DNA of 64,000 nucleotides from Bacillota bacterium (lineage in GTDB: Bacteria > Bacillota > Clostridia > Ch29). The notes beneath the pieces were generated by a model. It saw nothing but the letters and a program-made list of their open reading frames with translations. It had not been told where the DNA came from and made no database searches. Each line of letters opens with the position of its first letter. Position 1 is the stretch's first letter. Of the stretch, positions 38,501 to 47,982 are shown one piece after another. The translations under genes were made by a program, and so were the position numbers. The DNA lies in contig JAQUCT010000002.1 of NCBI GenBank assembly GCA_028686075.1, forward strand, positions 3,432-67,431, written 5' to 3'.

Positions 38501-41500
38501 TCAAAAAAGTGAAATTTGGTTGGATTCCGGCAGCTTATCCAGACAGCCGTGGGCCCTCAGTACATCAATTATGGTACGGCTTATCCGGGCCCTCTCCTGC
38601 AGGTCCTCTACCGATATAAAGGGCCTTACCCTTTTTGCCTCCACTATGCTTCCGGCTGCGTTCTTCCCGAGGCCCTGCAGTGCCGTAAGGGGCGGTAGCA
38701 GTTTTTTGCCTGTAATAAGGAACTCCCCCCGGTCGGATTTGTACAGGTCCACCGGCAGGAATCCGAAGCCCCGGCAGTACATCTCACGGGCTACTTCAAG
38801 GATTGTGAGTAGCGACTTTTCCTTCTGGGTTAGATCATTTTTGTGCAAATCGTATTCCCCTATTGTTTTTGTCACCTGTTCTTTGCCAGCTACAATGAGC
38901 TGTGCGTCAAACTCGTCGGCGCGCACTGTGAAATACGCCGCATAGAAGGCCAGCGGGTGGTGTACCTTATAATAGGCTATTCTAAAGGCCATTATCACAT
39001 AGGCCACCGCGTGGGCCTTAGGGAACATGTACTTAATTTTTCTGCATGAATCAATAAACCACTGGGGACAGTCAACGCCCCTCATGCCCTCTACATCCTC
39101 GTCGGTAAGCCCTTTGCCCTTTCTCACCCTTTCCATTATTCCAAAGGCTTTATGGGGCTCCATCCCTTTTTGTATAAGGAAAATGAATATATCATCCCTT
39201 GTGGAAATGACCTCCTTAAGGGTTGCAATGCGATCCTTTATAAGCTGTTGGGCATTGTTAAGCCACACATCGGTACCGTGGGACAGGCCGCTAATCCGAA
39301 TGAGTTCCGCCATTGTAGTAGGCTTTGTATCCTGCAGCATCTTTCGCACAAACCGGGTACCGAATTCCGGGATACCAAGGCTCCCAACAGGGCAGTCTAT
39401 GTCCTCGGGTTTTATGCTTAAGGGTTCGGTGGAGCTAAATATTGCCATTGTTTCCCTGTCGTCCAGAGGGACTTCGCGGGGGTCTTTTCCAGTCAGTTTG
39501 TGCAGCATCCTAAGCATGGTCGGGTCATCGTGACCCAGAATATCAAGTTTTAATAGTCTGCCGCTTATCGCATGGTAGTCGAAATGGGTTGTCACCACTT
39601 CGGAAGAAGGGTCGTCGGCCGGCCTTTGCACCGGGGTAAACTGGTGAATATCCATATCTCGCGGCACAATCATTACCCCTCCAGGGTGCTGCCCGGTGGT
39701 CCTCTTGATACCGGCACAGCCCTGTACCAGCCGGCTTATTTCCGCATTGTGCACCGTCAGGTTCCTTTCCTCAAGATAGCCCTTAACGAAACCATAGGCG
39801 GTCTTGTCCGCCAGCGTGGATATAGTACCCGCACGGTATACCTTCTTTTTGCCGAACAATTCCTCTGTAAACCGATGGGCTTTGCTCTGGTACTCACCGG
39901 AAAAATTAAGGTCAATATCCGGCTCTTTATCCCCTTTATAACCCATAAATACTTCAAATGGTATATCAAAACCGTGTTTTTCCAAAGGCCCGCCGCACCC
40001 AGGGCATGACCTGTCATCAAGGTCCGCCCCGGACCCGGCACTGCCAACAGTAATGAAATGAGAGTATTTGCAGCCGTTACACAGGTAGTGCGGTGGTAGC
40101 GGATTTACTTCGGTTATACCGCTCATAGTTGCCACAAGGGACGAACCCACCGAGCCCCTTGAGCCGACCAGGTAGCCGTCCTCATTGGATTTGGAAACTA
40201 ATTTTTGGGCCGTAACGAACATTACCGCGTATCCGTTGTCTATTATGGCCCCCAGCTCTTTTTTGACCCTTTCCTCCACAATCCGGGGCAGCGGATTGCC
40301 GTATACCTCCCTCGTCCGTTCCCAGGTCATCCTTTCCAAGGCTTCTTCGGCACCGGGTATTGTGGGAGGGTATGTCTTAAGCGGTACCGGCAGCAGCTCA
40401 TCCTCCACCAATGCATTTATCGCGTGGGGGTTATTTATAACAACCTCTTTTGCCACGTCTTCTCCTAGGTATTGGAACTCAGCGAGCATTTCCGAAGTGG
40501 TATGCAAATAAAGGGGTGGCTGTTTATCAGCGTCACCAAACCCCTTGCCTGCCAGAATAATCTTTCTAAACACCTGGTCGGTGGGGTTTAAAAAATGCAC
40601 GTCCCCCGTTGCCACCACCGGAATCCCTAGCTTTTTGCCTATGTCGTATACCTTTTTATTTGCCTTTTCAATTTCTCCGATGTCCTTTAGGGTTCCATTT
40701 TCCAGCATAAAGCGGTTGTTTCCCCGGGGCTGTATTTCAAGGTAGTCGTAAAAGGATGCGATCTTCTCTAAATGCCGGTCACTCTTGCCCTCAATTATAG
40801 CACGGTAGAATTCCCCGGCTTCGCAGGCACTGCCTATAAGCAGACCCTTTCTTTTTTTAGCAAGAAGGCTCTTTGGTATCCTTGGAGTTTTGTAAAAATA
40901 ATCAAGATGGGACTTGCTGACCAGGTAATATAAATTCCGCAGGCCCTCCTGGTTTTTTGCAAGCATTGTAACATGGCAGGACCTTAGCTTTTTAAGAGTC
41001 TCCTTAAATACTGGGCCTTCGTCCCGCATTGGGGTTTTTAAAGCCTTATCCTTTTGTATCCGCTCAATACACTTTATCAGAATCTTCGCGGTGGCCGTGG
41101 CATCGTCCACCGCTCTGTGGGCCCTATCCATACTAATATTCAAATGGCTTGCCACAGCACCCAGCTTATGGGTTTTAAGCCGGGGGAAAAGGCTCCTTGT
41201 AACCGCCAGAGTGTCCAGTACTTCGTTTTTAATACTAAGTCCCAGTTTAACTGCTATTGCCTGTATAAAACCCATATCAAAGGGCGCGTTATGGGCCGTA
41301 AGTACCCCGTCACCGACAAAGTCCATAAAGGTCGGGATTACCAGCTCCGCCGCGGGGCTATCCTTAACCATATCGTCGGTAATACCGGTTAATTCCACAA
41401 TACTTTCAGGTATTGGTACTCCGGGGTTTATAAATGAGTGAAACCTGTCGGTTATCCTTCCATCCTCAACCCTTACAGCACCTATCTCGGTTATTTGGTC

Positions 41501-42712
41501 CCGGGCCGCATTAAGTCCGGTGGTTTCTATATCGAATACCACAAAATGACGGTGACCCTCCCAGTCAAAGGTCGCCTGCCGGGCGAGGTACAGGTCGTCT
41601 ATCATGTATGCTTCAATTCCGTATATCACCTTGACCCCGGTCCTTTGGGATGCTTCATAGGCCTCCGGGAAAGCCTGTACCACCCCGTGATCGGTTATGG
41701 CAATAGCGTCATGGCCCCACTGGGCAGCCCTTTCTACAAGTGCCTCCACCGGGGCAACTCCGTCAAGGGCACTGAACCTGGTATGAGCGTGAAGTTCCAC
41801 TCTCTTTTCGGTGCATTGGTCGGTCCTTTCCTCGCCCGGGAGTAGAAGAGCGTTCCTTCCGGTGATTACTATTTCCCTGGCATATTTATTGTACTGGGCT
41901 TCCCCTTTAACCCTAATTCTGTCGCCAACCCTGATTGAGGTTTCCACCCTTCCCCTGTTTGCTTTATCAATAAAGAACCTACAATCTATTGTGTCCTCAT
42001 AGTCGGTAACATATAGCGACAGCAAAAGGGAATACCTCTCGGATTGGAGTTCCTTGGTTTCCAGCCTGCATATATCCCCCTCCACGATTACGGTACCGGC
42101 ATCCTGTATAATGTCTTTGATGGGTTTAGTGGTGCCCTTGAAAGCCTTTCCTATAACAACCTTCTTTTTAGATTTTTCCGTCTCATTCTTAACGTTCTGT
42201 CTGATTATTCTTTTAATTTCCTCCAGTTCCTCATCCCGCGGGTCATCCTGGTCATCGCTAAAGTATTCATGATCTACGTTCTCCTTAACCCTAATGGATA
42301 CAGCTATTTCTTTGCCGCTTAACGCACGGACTATCTTCCTTGTAAAGCCCTCGAAATTTCTGTCCGAAAGAGCTCGGATAGCCAATTGTTCGTCAAATTC
42401 AACAAAAAGATGCATTTGGTTGAGTTTATATGTACAGCTTTCAAACCACGGCCTGCCGGCAGGGAAAGTCCTAGCCCAAAGACTACAAAAAAAAGTCCAG
42501 TAGTTTTCAAACATCGCATCCAAGCTGCAATCTTTCGCCGACCGGACAATCTCTATTCCAGCATCCCTATTCTTTTTTAATCTTTCGGATATTGTTTTTG
42601 TGATAAGTTCACGGTCCTGTACTGAGTTTTTGCTCCCGTCTACAACTACCAGCATTTCATTGGCCTTTTCGTTAACCAGTATTCTTTCTATTCCTTTGAT
42701 GGATTTAAGCAC
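38501..42712 (-). CDS. polC: DNA polymerase III PolC-type (OB domain, PHP, 3'-5' exonuclease, polymerase core)
   Basis: 1403 aa with DEDD exonuclease motifs (FVVFDIETTG) and the zinc-finger Cys cluster. Confidence 0.97.
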   Translation of the reverse strand: MLKSIKGIERILVNEKANEMLVVVDGSKNSVQDRELITKTISERLKKNRDAGIEIVRSAKDCSLDAMFENYWTFFCSLWARTFPAGRPWFESCTYKLNQMHLFVEFDEQLAIRALSDRNFEGFTRKIVRALSGKEIAVSIRVKENVDHEYFSDDQDDPRDEELEEIKRIIRQNVKNETEKSKKKVVIGKAFKGTTKPIKDIIQDAGTVIVEGDICRLETKELQSERYSLLLSLYVTDYEDTIDCRFFIDKANRGRVETSIRVGDRIRVKGEAQYNKYAREIVITGRNALLLPGEERTDQCTEKRVELHAHTRFSALDGVAPVEALVERAAQWGHDAIAITDHGVVQAFPEAYEASQRTGVKVIYGIEAYMIDDLYLARQATFDWEGHRHFVVFDIETTGLNAARDQITEIGAVRVEDGRITDRFHSFINPGVPIPESIVELTGITDDMVKDSPAAELVIPTFMDFVGDGVLTAHNAPFDMGFIQAIAVKLGLSIKNEVLDTLAVTRSLFPRLKTHKLGAVASHLNISMDRAHRAVDDATATAKILIKCIERIQKDKALKTPMRDEGPVFKETLKKLRSCHVTMLAKNQEGLRNLYYLVSKSHLDYFYKTPRIPKSLLAKKRKGLLIGSACEAGEFYRAIIEGKSDRHLEKIASFYDYLEIQPRGNNRFMLENGTLKDIGEIEKANKKVYDIGKKLGIPVVATGDVHFLNPTDQVFRKIILAGKGFGDADKQPPLYLHTTSEMLAEFQYLGEDVAKEVVINNPHAINALVEDELLPVPLKTYPPTIPGAEEALERMTWERTREVYGNPLPRIVEERVKKELGAIIDNGYAVMFVTAQKLVSKSNEDGYLVGSRGSVGSSLVATMSGITEVNPLPPHYLCNGCKYSHFITVGSAGSGADLDDRSCPGCGGPLEKHGFDIPFEVFMGYKGDKEPDIDLNFSGEYQSKAHRFTEELFGKKKVYRAGTISTLADKTAYGFVKGYLEERNLTVHNAEISRLVQGCAGIKRTTGQHPGGVMIVPRDMDIHQFTPVQRPADDPSSEVVTTHFDYHAISGRLLKLDILGHDDPTMLRMLHKLTGKDPREVPLDDRETMAIFSSTEPLSIKPEDIDCPVGSLGIPEFGTRFVRKMLQDTKPTTMAELIRISGLSHGTDVWLNNAQQLIKDRIATLKEVISTRDDIFIFLIQKGMEPHKAFGIMERVRKGKGLTDEDVEGMRGVDCPQWFIDSCRKIKYMFPKAHAVAYVIMAFRIAYYKVHHPLAFYAAYFTVRADEFDAQLIVAGKEQVTKTIGEYDLHKNDLTQKEKSLLTILEVAREMYCRGFGFLPVDLYKSDRGEFLITGKKLLPPLTALQGLGKNAAGSIVEAKRVRPFISVEDLQERARISRTIIDVLRAHGCLDKLPESNQISLF

Positions 42713-42730
42713 TTTTTGTCTACCCCCCTG

Positions 42731-43402
42731 CTAGCTTGAATCGACTATCTGTTTTATCCCTTCCACCTCGTGAAGTATACCAACGACTTCCTCCAGCTCC
42801 ATCTGCCCGGGCGGCTTCAAAAGCAGTATTATCTCCACCATGAAGTCATCCAGTTCTATCATTTTAATATTAATTATGGATACGCTTCTTTTACCCAGGG
42901 CACTTCCTATCCTTCCCAGCTGCCCCGGTATGTTTTCCGCCCGCAGGGTGAGGGAATAGGTGTTCCTGCTTTTATTGATGCGTTTTTCCAACCGGTTCAC
43001 AATGGTCAGTGTAATGACTATGACAGCGGTAACCAAAACGGACCCCAGGTAAAATCCCGCACCCACCGCAAGACCTATGCAGGCAACTACCCAAAGTCCA
43101 GCAGCCGTTGTCAGGCCGCGGATGGAGGCTCCTTCCTTCATAATGGTTCCTGCGCCAAGGAAACCTATACCGCTTATCACCTGTGCTCCCAGCCTGGCCG
43201 GGTCCATGGATGTTTGGCCTCCATATATTTCAAACAGATGGAATGATACGAGCATCACCAGCGTGGAACCAACGCACACAAGTATATGGGTACGCAGTCC
43301 CGCGGCCTGGTTCCCGAATTCCCTCTCCATTCCAATGACGCTGCTAAGTATAAAGGCCAACAGTATTCTTAATAGGACCTCCTGACCCGACAGCATAGTC
43401 AT
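42731..43402 (-). CDS. MgtC/SapB-family membrane protein with C-terminal ACT-like domain
   Basis: MgtC signature ...GMEREFGNQAAGLRTH... Confidence 0.8.
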   Translation of the reverse strand: MTMLSGQEVLLRILLAFILSSVIGMEREFGNQAAGLRTHILVCVGSTLVMLVSFHLFEIYGGQTSMDPARLGAQVISGIGFLGAGTIMKEGASIRGLTTAAGLWVVACIGLAVGAGFYLGSVLVTAVIVITLTIVNRLEKRINKSRNTYSLTLRAENIPGQLGRIGSALGKRSVSIINIKMIELDDFMVEIILLLKPPGQMELEEVVGILHEVEGIKQIVDSS

Positions 43403-43456
43403 CTCTCCTTGTCTCCCTGTGTCTGGCGTCGGAGTAACTTGTTCCAGGCACCGGGA

Positions 43457-44089
43457 TTATAGCTTAAAGGTCATAACCTTTACTATATCGCGGTACATTT
43501 TCAGCCTTTCTGCAAATCCGCGTATTATTCCGCGTTTTTCCTCCTTCATTACATGGGATACGTCTACCAACTCAACCTCTTTGAGCCGTACGTTGTTTTT
43601 CTTTACGTAACGGGTAAGGGCTATCTCCACCCCATACCGGCTTATCTCCAACCCGCTTATGTCGTTTAGTATCTGCCTTCTTATGGCCCTTTGCCCTGAC
43701 AAAAAGGGTGCTACCTTCTGGGCCAGGTCGGTGGTCAGCCGTCCGTTGGCAAATATACCTATTGTCATATCGTAGTCCCCAGAAATAACGGGCTCTAAAA
43801 GGTGGTCTGCGTCCTCCGTTTCAAACCCGCAAAGGTCGGCATCCAAAAAAAGGATTACTTCGGACTGGCAGTTTCTCAAACCCTTGCACAACGCGCCGCC
43901 TTTGCCAAGATTTTTATCGTTTACTATTACCTTAACTCCCGTATTGAGTGCAACCTCGGCGGTTTTGTCCTCGGAACCGTCATCCACCACTATTATCTCA
44001 TCAACACGTTTGGATTTTTTTACGGCCTCAAGTACCGTACTAATCCTCTCTTCTTCATTGTATGCGGGAATTATCGCGGTTACTCTCAT
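43457..44089 (-). CDS. Family-2 glycosyltransferase (dolichol-phosphate mannosyltransferase-like), short form
   Basis: AIIPAYNEEERI...VVDDGSEDKT...DADL GT-A motifs. Start set at ATG 44089 (AGGAGG RBS); the track ORF reaches into proS. Confidence 0.8.
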   Translation of the reverse strand: MRVTAIIPAYNEEERISTVLEAVKKSKRVDEIIVVDDGSEDKTAEVALNTGVKVIVNDKNLGKGGALCKGLRNCQSEVILFLDADLCGFETEDADHLLEPVISGDYDMTIGIFANGRLTTDLAQKVAPFLSGQRAIRRQILNDISGLEISRYGVEIALTRYVKKNNVRLKEVELVDVSHVMKEEKRGIIRGFAERLKMYRDIVKVMTFKL

Positions 44090-44181
44090 GGCTCTTCCTC
44101 CTGGTGCTGTCCATAATGGGTTCTTATATATAAATATTACCACATTTTTGTACTTTACAACAAACCCATGAAATATTTTCC

Positions 44182-45624
44182 TTAGTACGCCTTTGCAAAA
44201 TAAGCAACCCTTTCTGCGGGCTTGCCGCATACTACGCACCGGTCACCGGTTTTATCCTGCTCAAAGGGAATACACCGCGTGGTTGCACCGGTTTTTTCTT
44301 TAATAGTTGCTTCACACTCAGAGGCCTCGCACCACATGGCTTTTATAAAGCCCCTTTGGCTCTCTATTAACGAAGCAAACTCCTCCATGTTATTTGCCAC
44401 ACGGATGCTTTTGTCCCTGTATTCAAGGGCTTTTTGGAATATTCCCCTTTGTATTTCCTCCAGAAGAGTCCCTATTTCTTTTTCCAGTTCTCCCATTGAA
44501 ATAATGGTTTTTTCTCCAGTGTCCCTTCTTACTGCTACCACTTGGTTGTTCTGGATGTCCCGGGGTCCTATTTCAAGCCTTAAGGGTACACCCTTAAGTT
44601 CCCATTCGTTAAACTTCCAGCCGACGCTGTAGGTGTTCCTGTCGTCCAGCTCCACCCTGTATCTTTCGGAGAGGTTTTTAAATATCTCCCCGGCCTTTTC
44701 CAATACGCCCTCCTTGTGCTGTGCTATGGGCACGATCACGACCTGATAGGGTGCTACCCTTGGAGGCAGAACTAGGCCCCTGTCGTCGCCGTGTACCATT
44801 ATAATGCCGCCAATCAGCCTTGTTGATACTCCCCAGGATGTGGACCATACGTACTTTAATTCGCCGTCCCTGTCCAGGTACTGGATATCGAAGACCTTCG
44901 CAAAATGCTGACCCAGATTGTGGGAAGTACCCGCCTGAAGTGCTTTTCCGTCAAGCATCATTGCCTCCATCGAATAGGTCATTTTGGCACCGGCGAATTT
45001 TTCTTTCTCGGACTTTTCACCGGTAAGCATTGGAATCGCCAGTACCTTTTCCGCGAAGTCCTTATATATTCCCAGTATTTTTAAGGTTTCTTCCTGTGCA
45101 TCCTCCTCGGTTGCATGGGCGGTGTGTCCTTCCTGCCACAGAAATTCCGAGGTCCTTAAAAAGGGCCTTGTGCTTTTTTCCCACCTAACTACGTTACACC
45201 ATTGGTTATACAGTATGGGTAAGTCACGATAGGACTTTATCCATTTTGAATACATGCTGCATATTATGGCCTCGGAAGTGGGCCTTACTGCTATCCTTTC
45301 TGCCAGCTCCTCGGTGCCGCCTATTGTAACCCACGCGACTTCGGGTGCGAACCCCTCCACGTGTTCCGCCTCTTTCTGAAGCAGGTTCTCCGGTATAAAT
45401 AATGGGAAATAGGCGTTTTTATGACCGGAGGCCTTCAGCATTTTGTCAAGTTCTCTCTGCATATTTTCCCACAGGGCATAACCATAAGGTTTAATTACCA
45501 TAAACCCCTTTACCGGGGCATAATCCACAAGGTCGGCCTTCCTTATAACGTCGGTATACCACTGCGAAAAATCCTCATTCTGTTTTGTGATCTGTTTTAC
45601 AAAATCCTCATTCTGCTTGGACAT
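44182..45624 (-). CDS. proS: Proline--tRNA ligase, archaeal/eukaryal-type (class II, C-terminal zinc-binding domain)
   Basis: About 480 aa ProRS type lacking the editing insertion. C-terminal ...CVVCGKPAERVAYFAKAY. Start set at ATG 45624 (AAGGAAGGAG RBS). Confidence 0.92.
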   Translation of the reverse strand: MSKQNEDFVKQITKQNEDFSQWYTDVIRKADLVDYAPVKGFMVIKPYGYALWENMQRELDKMLKASGHKNAYFPLFIPENLLQKEAEHVEGFAPEVAWVTIGGTEELAERIAVRPTSEAIICSMYSKWIKSYRDLPILYNQWCNVVRWEKSTRPFLRTSEFLWQEGHTAHATEEDAQEETLKILGIYKDFAEKVLAIPMLTGEKSEKEKFAGAKMTYSMEAMMLDGKALQAGTSHNLGQHFAKVFDIQYLDRDGELKYVWSTSWGVSTRLIGGIIMVHGDDRGLVLPPRVAPYQVVIVPIAQHKEGVLEKAGEIFKNLSERYRVELDDRNTYSVGWKFNEWELKGVPLRLEIGPRDIQNNQVVAVRRDTGEKTIISMGELEKEIGTLLEEIQRGIFQKALEYRDKSIRVANNMEEFASLIESQRGFIKAMWCEASECEATIKEKTGATTRCIPFEQDKTGDRCVVCGKPAERVAYFAKAY

Positions 45625-45630
45625 TTTCAA

Positions 45631-45862
45631 ACTCCTTCCTTAAATAAAATAAATCCTCCCCCCAAAGGGACGAAGGATTTCGTGGTACCACCCTTTTTGG
45701 CCAAAGGCCCACTCTAAGGATGATAACGGTTTCACACCGCCGGTGCGTAAAGGTAAATAGGGTGGGTTGGAAGGTTCCAGCTGGGGGTTTTCACCATCCC
45801 CCCTCTCTGCTTGCTTTATCCCTTCTACTATTCCCCGTTGGAACGCCCGAAATGTGTACATT
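45631..45862 (-). promoter_or_regulatory. T-box riboswitch leader of proS
   Basis: Minus strand carries the T-box consensus AAAAAGGGTGGTACCACG (+ strand 45681-45693 cgtggtaccaccc), then a terminator hairpin (AATCCTTCGTCCC / GGGAGGATT) and a U-rich run before the RBS. An AGAGAG / GGUGAAA stem-I-like segment lies upstream. Confidence 0.75.
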
Positions 45863-45900
45863 ATTATATAAATACTACATAATATTTATTCCATTGTCAA
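45863..45900 (-). promoter_or_regulatory. Promoter for the proS leader: TTGACA-17-TAGTAT (alternative -10 TATAAT 9 nt further downstream)
   Basis: Read on the minus strand; overlaps the ispG stop. Confidence 0.6.
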
Positions 45901-46946
45901 TATTTATCTATCTCCTCCATAAGGGCCTCCAAAAGCTTGTTTTCCCTTACATTCCTTATTATTTTCCCGTTTTTAAATACTATTCCCTTTCCGTTACCTC
46001 CGGCTATTCCTATGTCTGCTTCCCTGGCCTCCCCCGGGCCGTTTACGGCGCAGCCCATTATGGCAATTTTGAGAGGTTTGTCTATTCCCTTTACCATATC
46101 GTTCACCTTTTCGGCCAACTCTATAAGGTTAATCTGGCACCTGCCGCAGGTGGGGCATGAAATAATCTCAACGCTGGCCTTTTTGTAAAGCCCGAGGGAT
46201 TTTAGTATCTCTCGGCCCACTTCCACCTCCCGTACCGGCCTGTCGGTGAGGGAAACCCTTATGGTGTCCCCTATACCCTCCATCAAGAGGCTGCCTATCC
46301 CTATGGCGGACCTGACGGTCCCACCAATAAATGTGCCCGCCTCGGTAACTCCTACGTGCAGTGGATAATTCACCTTTTTGGCTATGTCTCTGTAGGCCTT
46401 CACTGTAGTGTTTACATCCGAAGCCTTAAGGGACAGTTTTATATCAAAAAAGCCCATATTCTCCAATAGATTTATGTTTCTTAGGGCACTCTCCACCAGG
46501 GCCTCGGCGCAGGGTGTTTTATACTTTTCCAGCAGGTCCTTCTCCAGTGAGCCACCGTTTACCCCAATTCTTATAGGAATACCCTTTGCCGCTGCCGCTT
46601 TGACAACCCTTTCCAGACGATGGCCCGAGCCGATGTTACCGGGATTTATGCGCAGTGCGTCGGCCCCTGCCTCCACTGCTTTTATTGCAAGCCTGTAGTC
46701 AAAATGTATATCGGCAACAAGGGGTATGGAAATGCTTCTTTTGATATCCGCCAGGCAGGAGGCCGCCTCCGGGTCGGGAACCGCTACCCGGATAATATCG
46801 CAGCCCTCCCTTTCCAGCTCCAGTATCTGCTCCACCGTGGTCTTTACATCGGAGGTTCTGGTATTGGTCATGGACTGCACCGATACCGGGCTGCCGCCTC
46901 CAATCGGGACATCTCCAATATATAGCCTTCTTGTGTTTTTACGCAT
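45897..46946 (-). CDS. ispG: 4-hydroxy-3-methylbut-2-en-1-yl diphosphate synthase (GcpE)
   Basis: 349 aa; C-terminal [4Fe-4S] Cys motif CPTCGRC...GC. Confidence 0.93.
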   Translation of the reverse strand: MRKNTRRLYIGDVPIGGGSPVSVQSMTNTRTSDVKTTVEQILELEREGCDIIRVAVPDPEAASCLADIKRSISIPLVADIHFDYRLAIKAVEAGADALRINPGNIGSGHRLERVVKAAAAKGIPIRIGVNGGSLEKDLLEKYKTPCAEALVESALRNINLLENMGFFDIKLSLKASDVNTTVKAYRDIAKKVNYPLHVGVTEAGTFIGGTVRSAIGIGSLLMEGIGDTIRVSLTDRPVREVEVGREILKSLGLYKKASVEIISCPTCGRCQINLIELAEKVNDMVKGIDKPLKIAIMGCAVNGPGEAREADIGIAGGNGKGIVFKNGKIIRNVRENKLLEALMEEIDKY

Positions 46947-46962
46947 TTGTGAACACTCCGTT

Positions 46963-47982
46963 CTAGAAAAGGTTGAACCGGCTTATATCCTTCCAGGTAA
47001 TCACTATAATTAGCAGTATCAGAAATACAAACCCTATGAAGTGAATAAAGCCTTCCTTTTCTATATCAATGGGTTTTCCTCTGACTCCTTCAACCAGCAA
47101 AAACACCATTTTACCCCCGTCCAGAGCGGGAATTGGCAAAAGGTTAATTACCCCAAGGTTAAGGCTTAAGAATGCTGCTAAAAACATAACGTTTAGTATT
47201 CCGGTCTTAGCGGCCTGGTTTACCAACTGAATAACCCCAACCGCGCCCACTACGTCCTCCGCCGACGCTCGGCCGGTCACCAGCTGACCCAGGTAAGTCA
47301 CCATAAGCCCAATAACTTCAAAACTCCTTGTTACTCCGAGGCGTAGCGAGCCCAAAGGGTCTTTTTGTGACGTCGGAGTTATACCTATTATCCTCTGCCC
47401 GGTATCGGGGTCGGTAACCGGAAACACGTTAAGCATAATCCTTTGGCCCATACGGTTAACCGAAACCTCCATCTGCTCTCCCTTTGAGGCGGAAACCAAA
47501 TACTGTAGCCTTTCCCAGGATTCCACCCGCTCACCGTCTATATACTCCACCCTGTCACCGGGCTGTATGCCCGACGCGTCCGCCGGGTAGCCTTCCATAA
47601 CCGTGTTTATAACGGTGGTAGGAGTCCCTATTACAAAGAATATTATGCTAAAAAGCAGTATTGCCAGTATTATATTCATTATGGGTCCTGCCAGTATTAT
47701 GCTCATTCTCCTGCCCAGGGATTTCTTATGGAATGAACCCTCCCCTTCGGCCTTGTCCTCTTCACCCAACATCTTCACGTAGCCCCCGATAGGGAATATC
47801 CGGAGAGAATACTTTGTTTCCTTTCTTTTCCAGGACGTAACCTTTGGTCCCATACCTATTGAGAATTCCTCCACCATAACTCCTGCTTTTTTGGCGGCAA
47901 TAAAGTGTCCGAATTCGTGGGAGAATACCATAAGCGTAAATATGATTACCGATGCCACGGCGGTAATTACTGTCGATGCCAA
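46963..47982 (-). CDS. rseP: RIP metalloprotease RseP (site-2 protease, PDZ domain)
   Basis: HEFGH zinc motif in TM1 and LDGG motif. Confidence 0.9.
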   Translation of the reverse strand: MASTVITAVASVIIFTLMVFSHEFGHFIAAKKAGVMVEEFSIGMGPKVTSWKRKETKYSLRIFPIGGYVKMLGEEDKAEGEGSFHKKSLGRRMSIILAGPIMNIILAILLFSIIFFVIGTPTTVINTVMEGYPADASGIQPGDRVEYIDGERVESWERLQYLVSASKGEQMEVSVNRMGQRIMLNVFPVTDPDTGQRIIGITPTSQKDPLGSLRLGVTRSFEVIGLMVTYLGQLVTGRASAEDVVGAVGVIQLVNQAAKTGILNVMFLAAFLSLNLGVINLLPIPALDGGKMVFLLVEGVRGKPIDIEKEGFIHFIGFVFLILLIIVITWKDISRFNLF

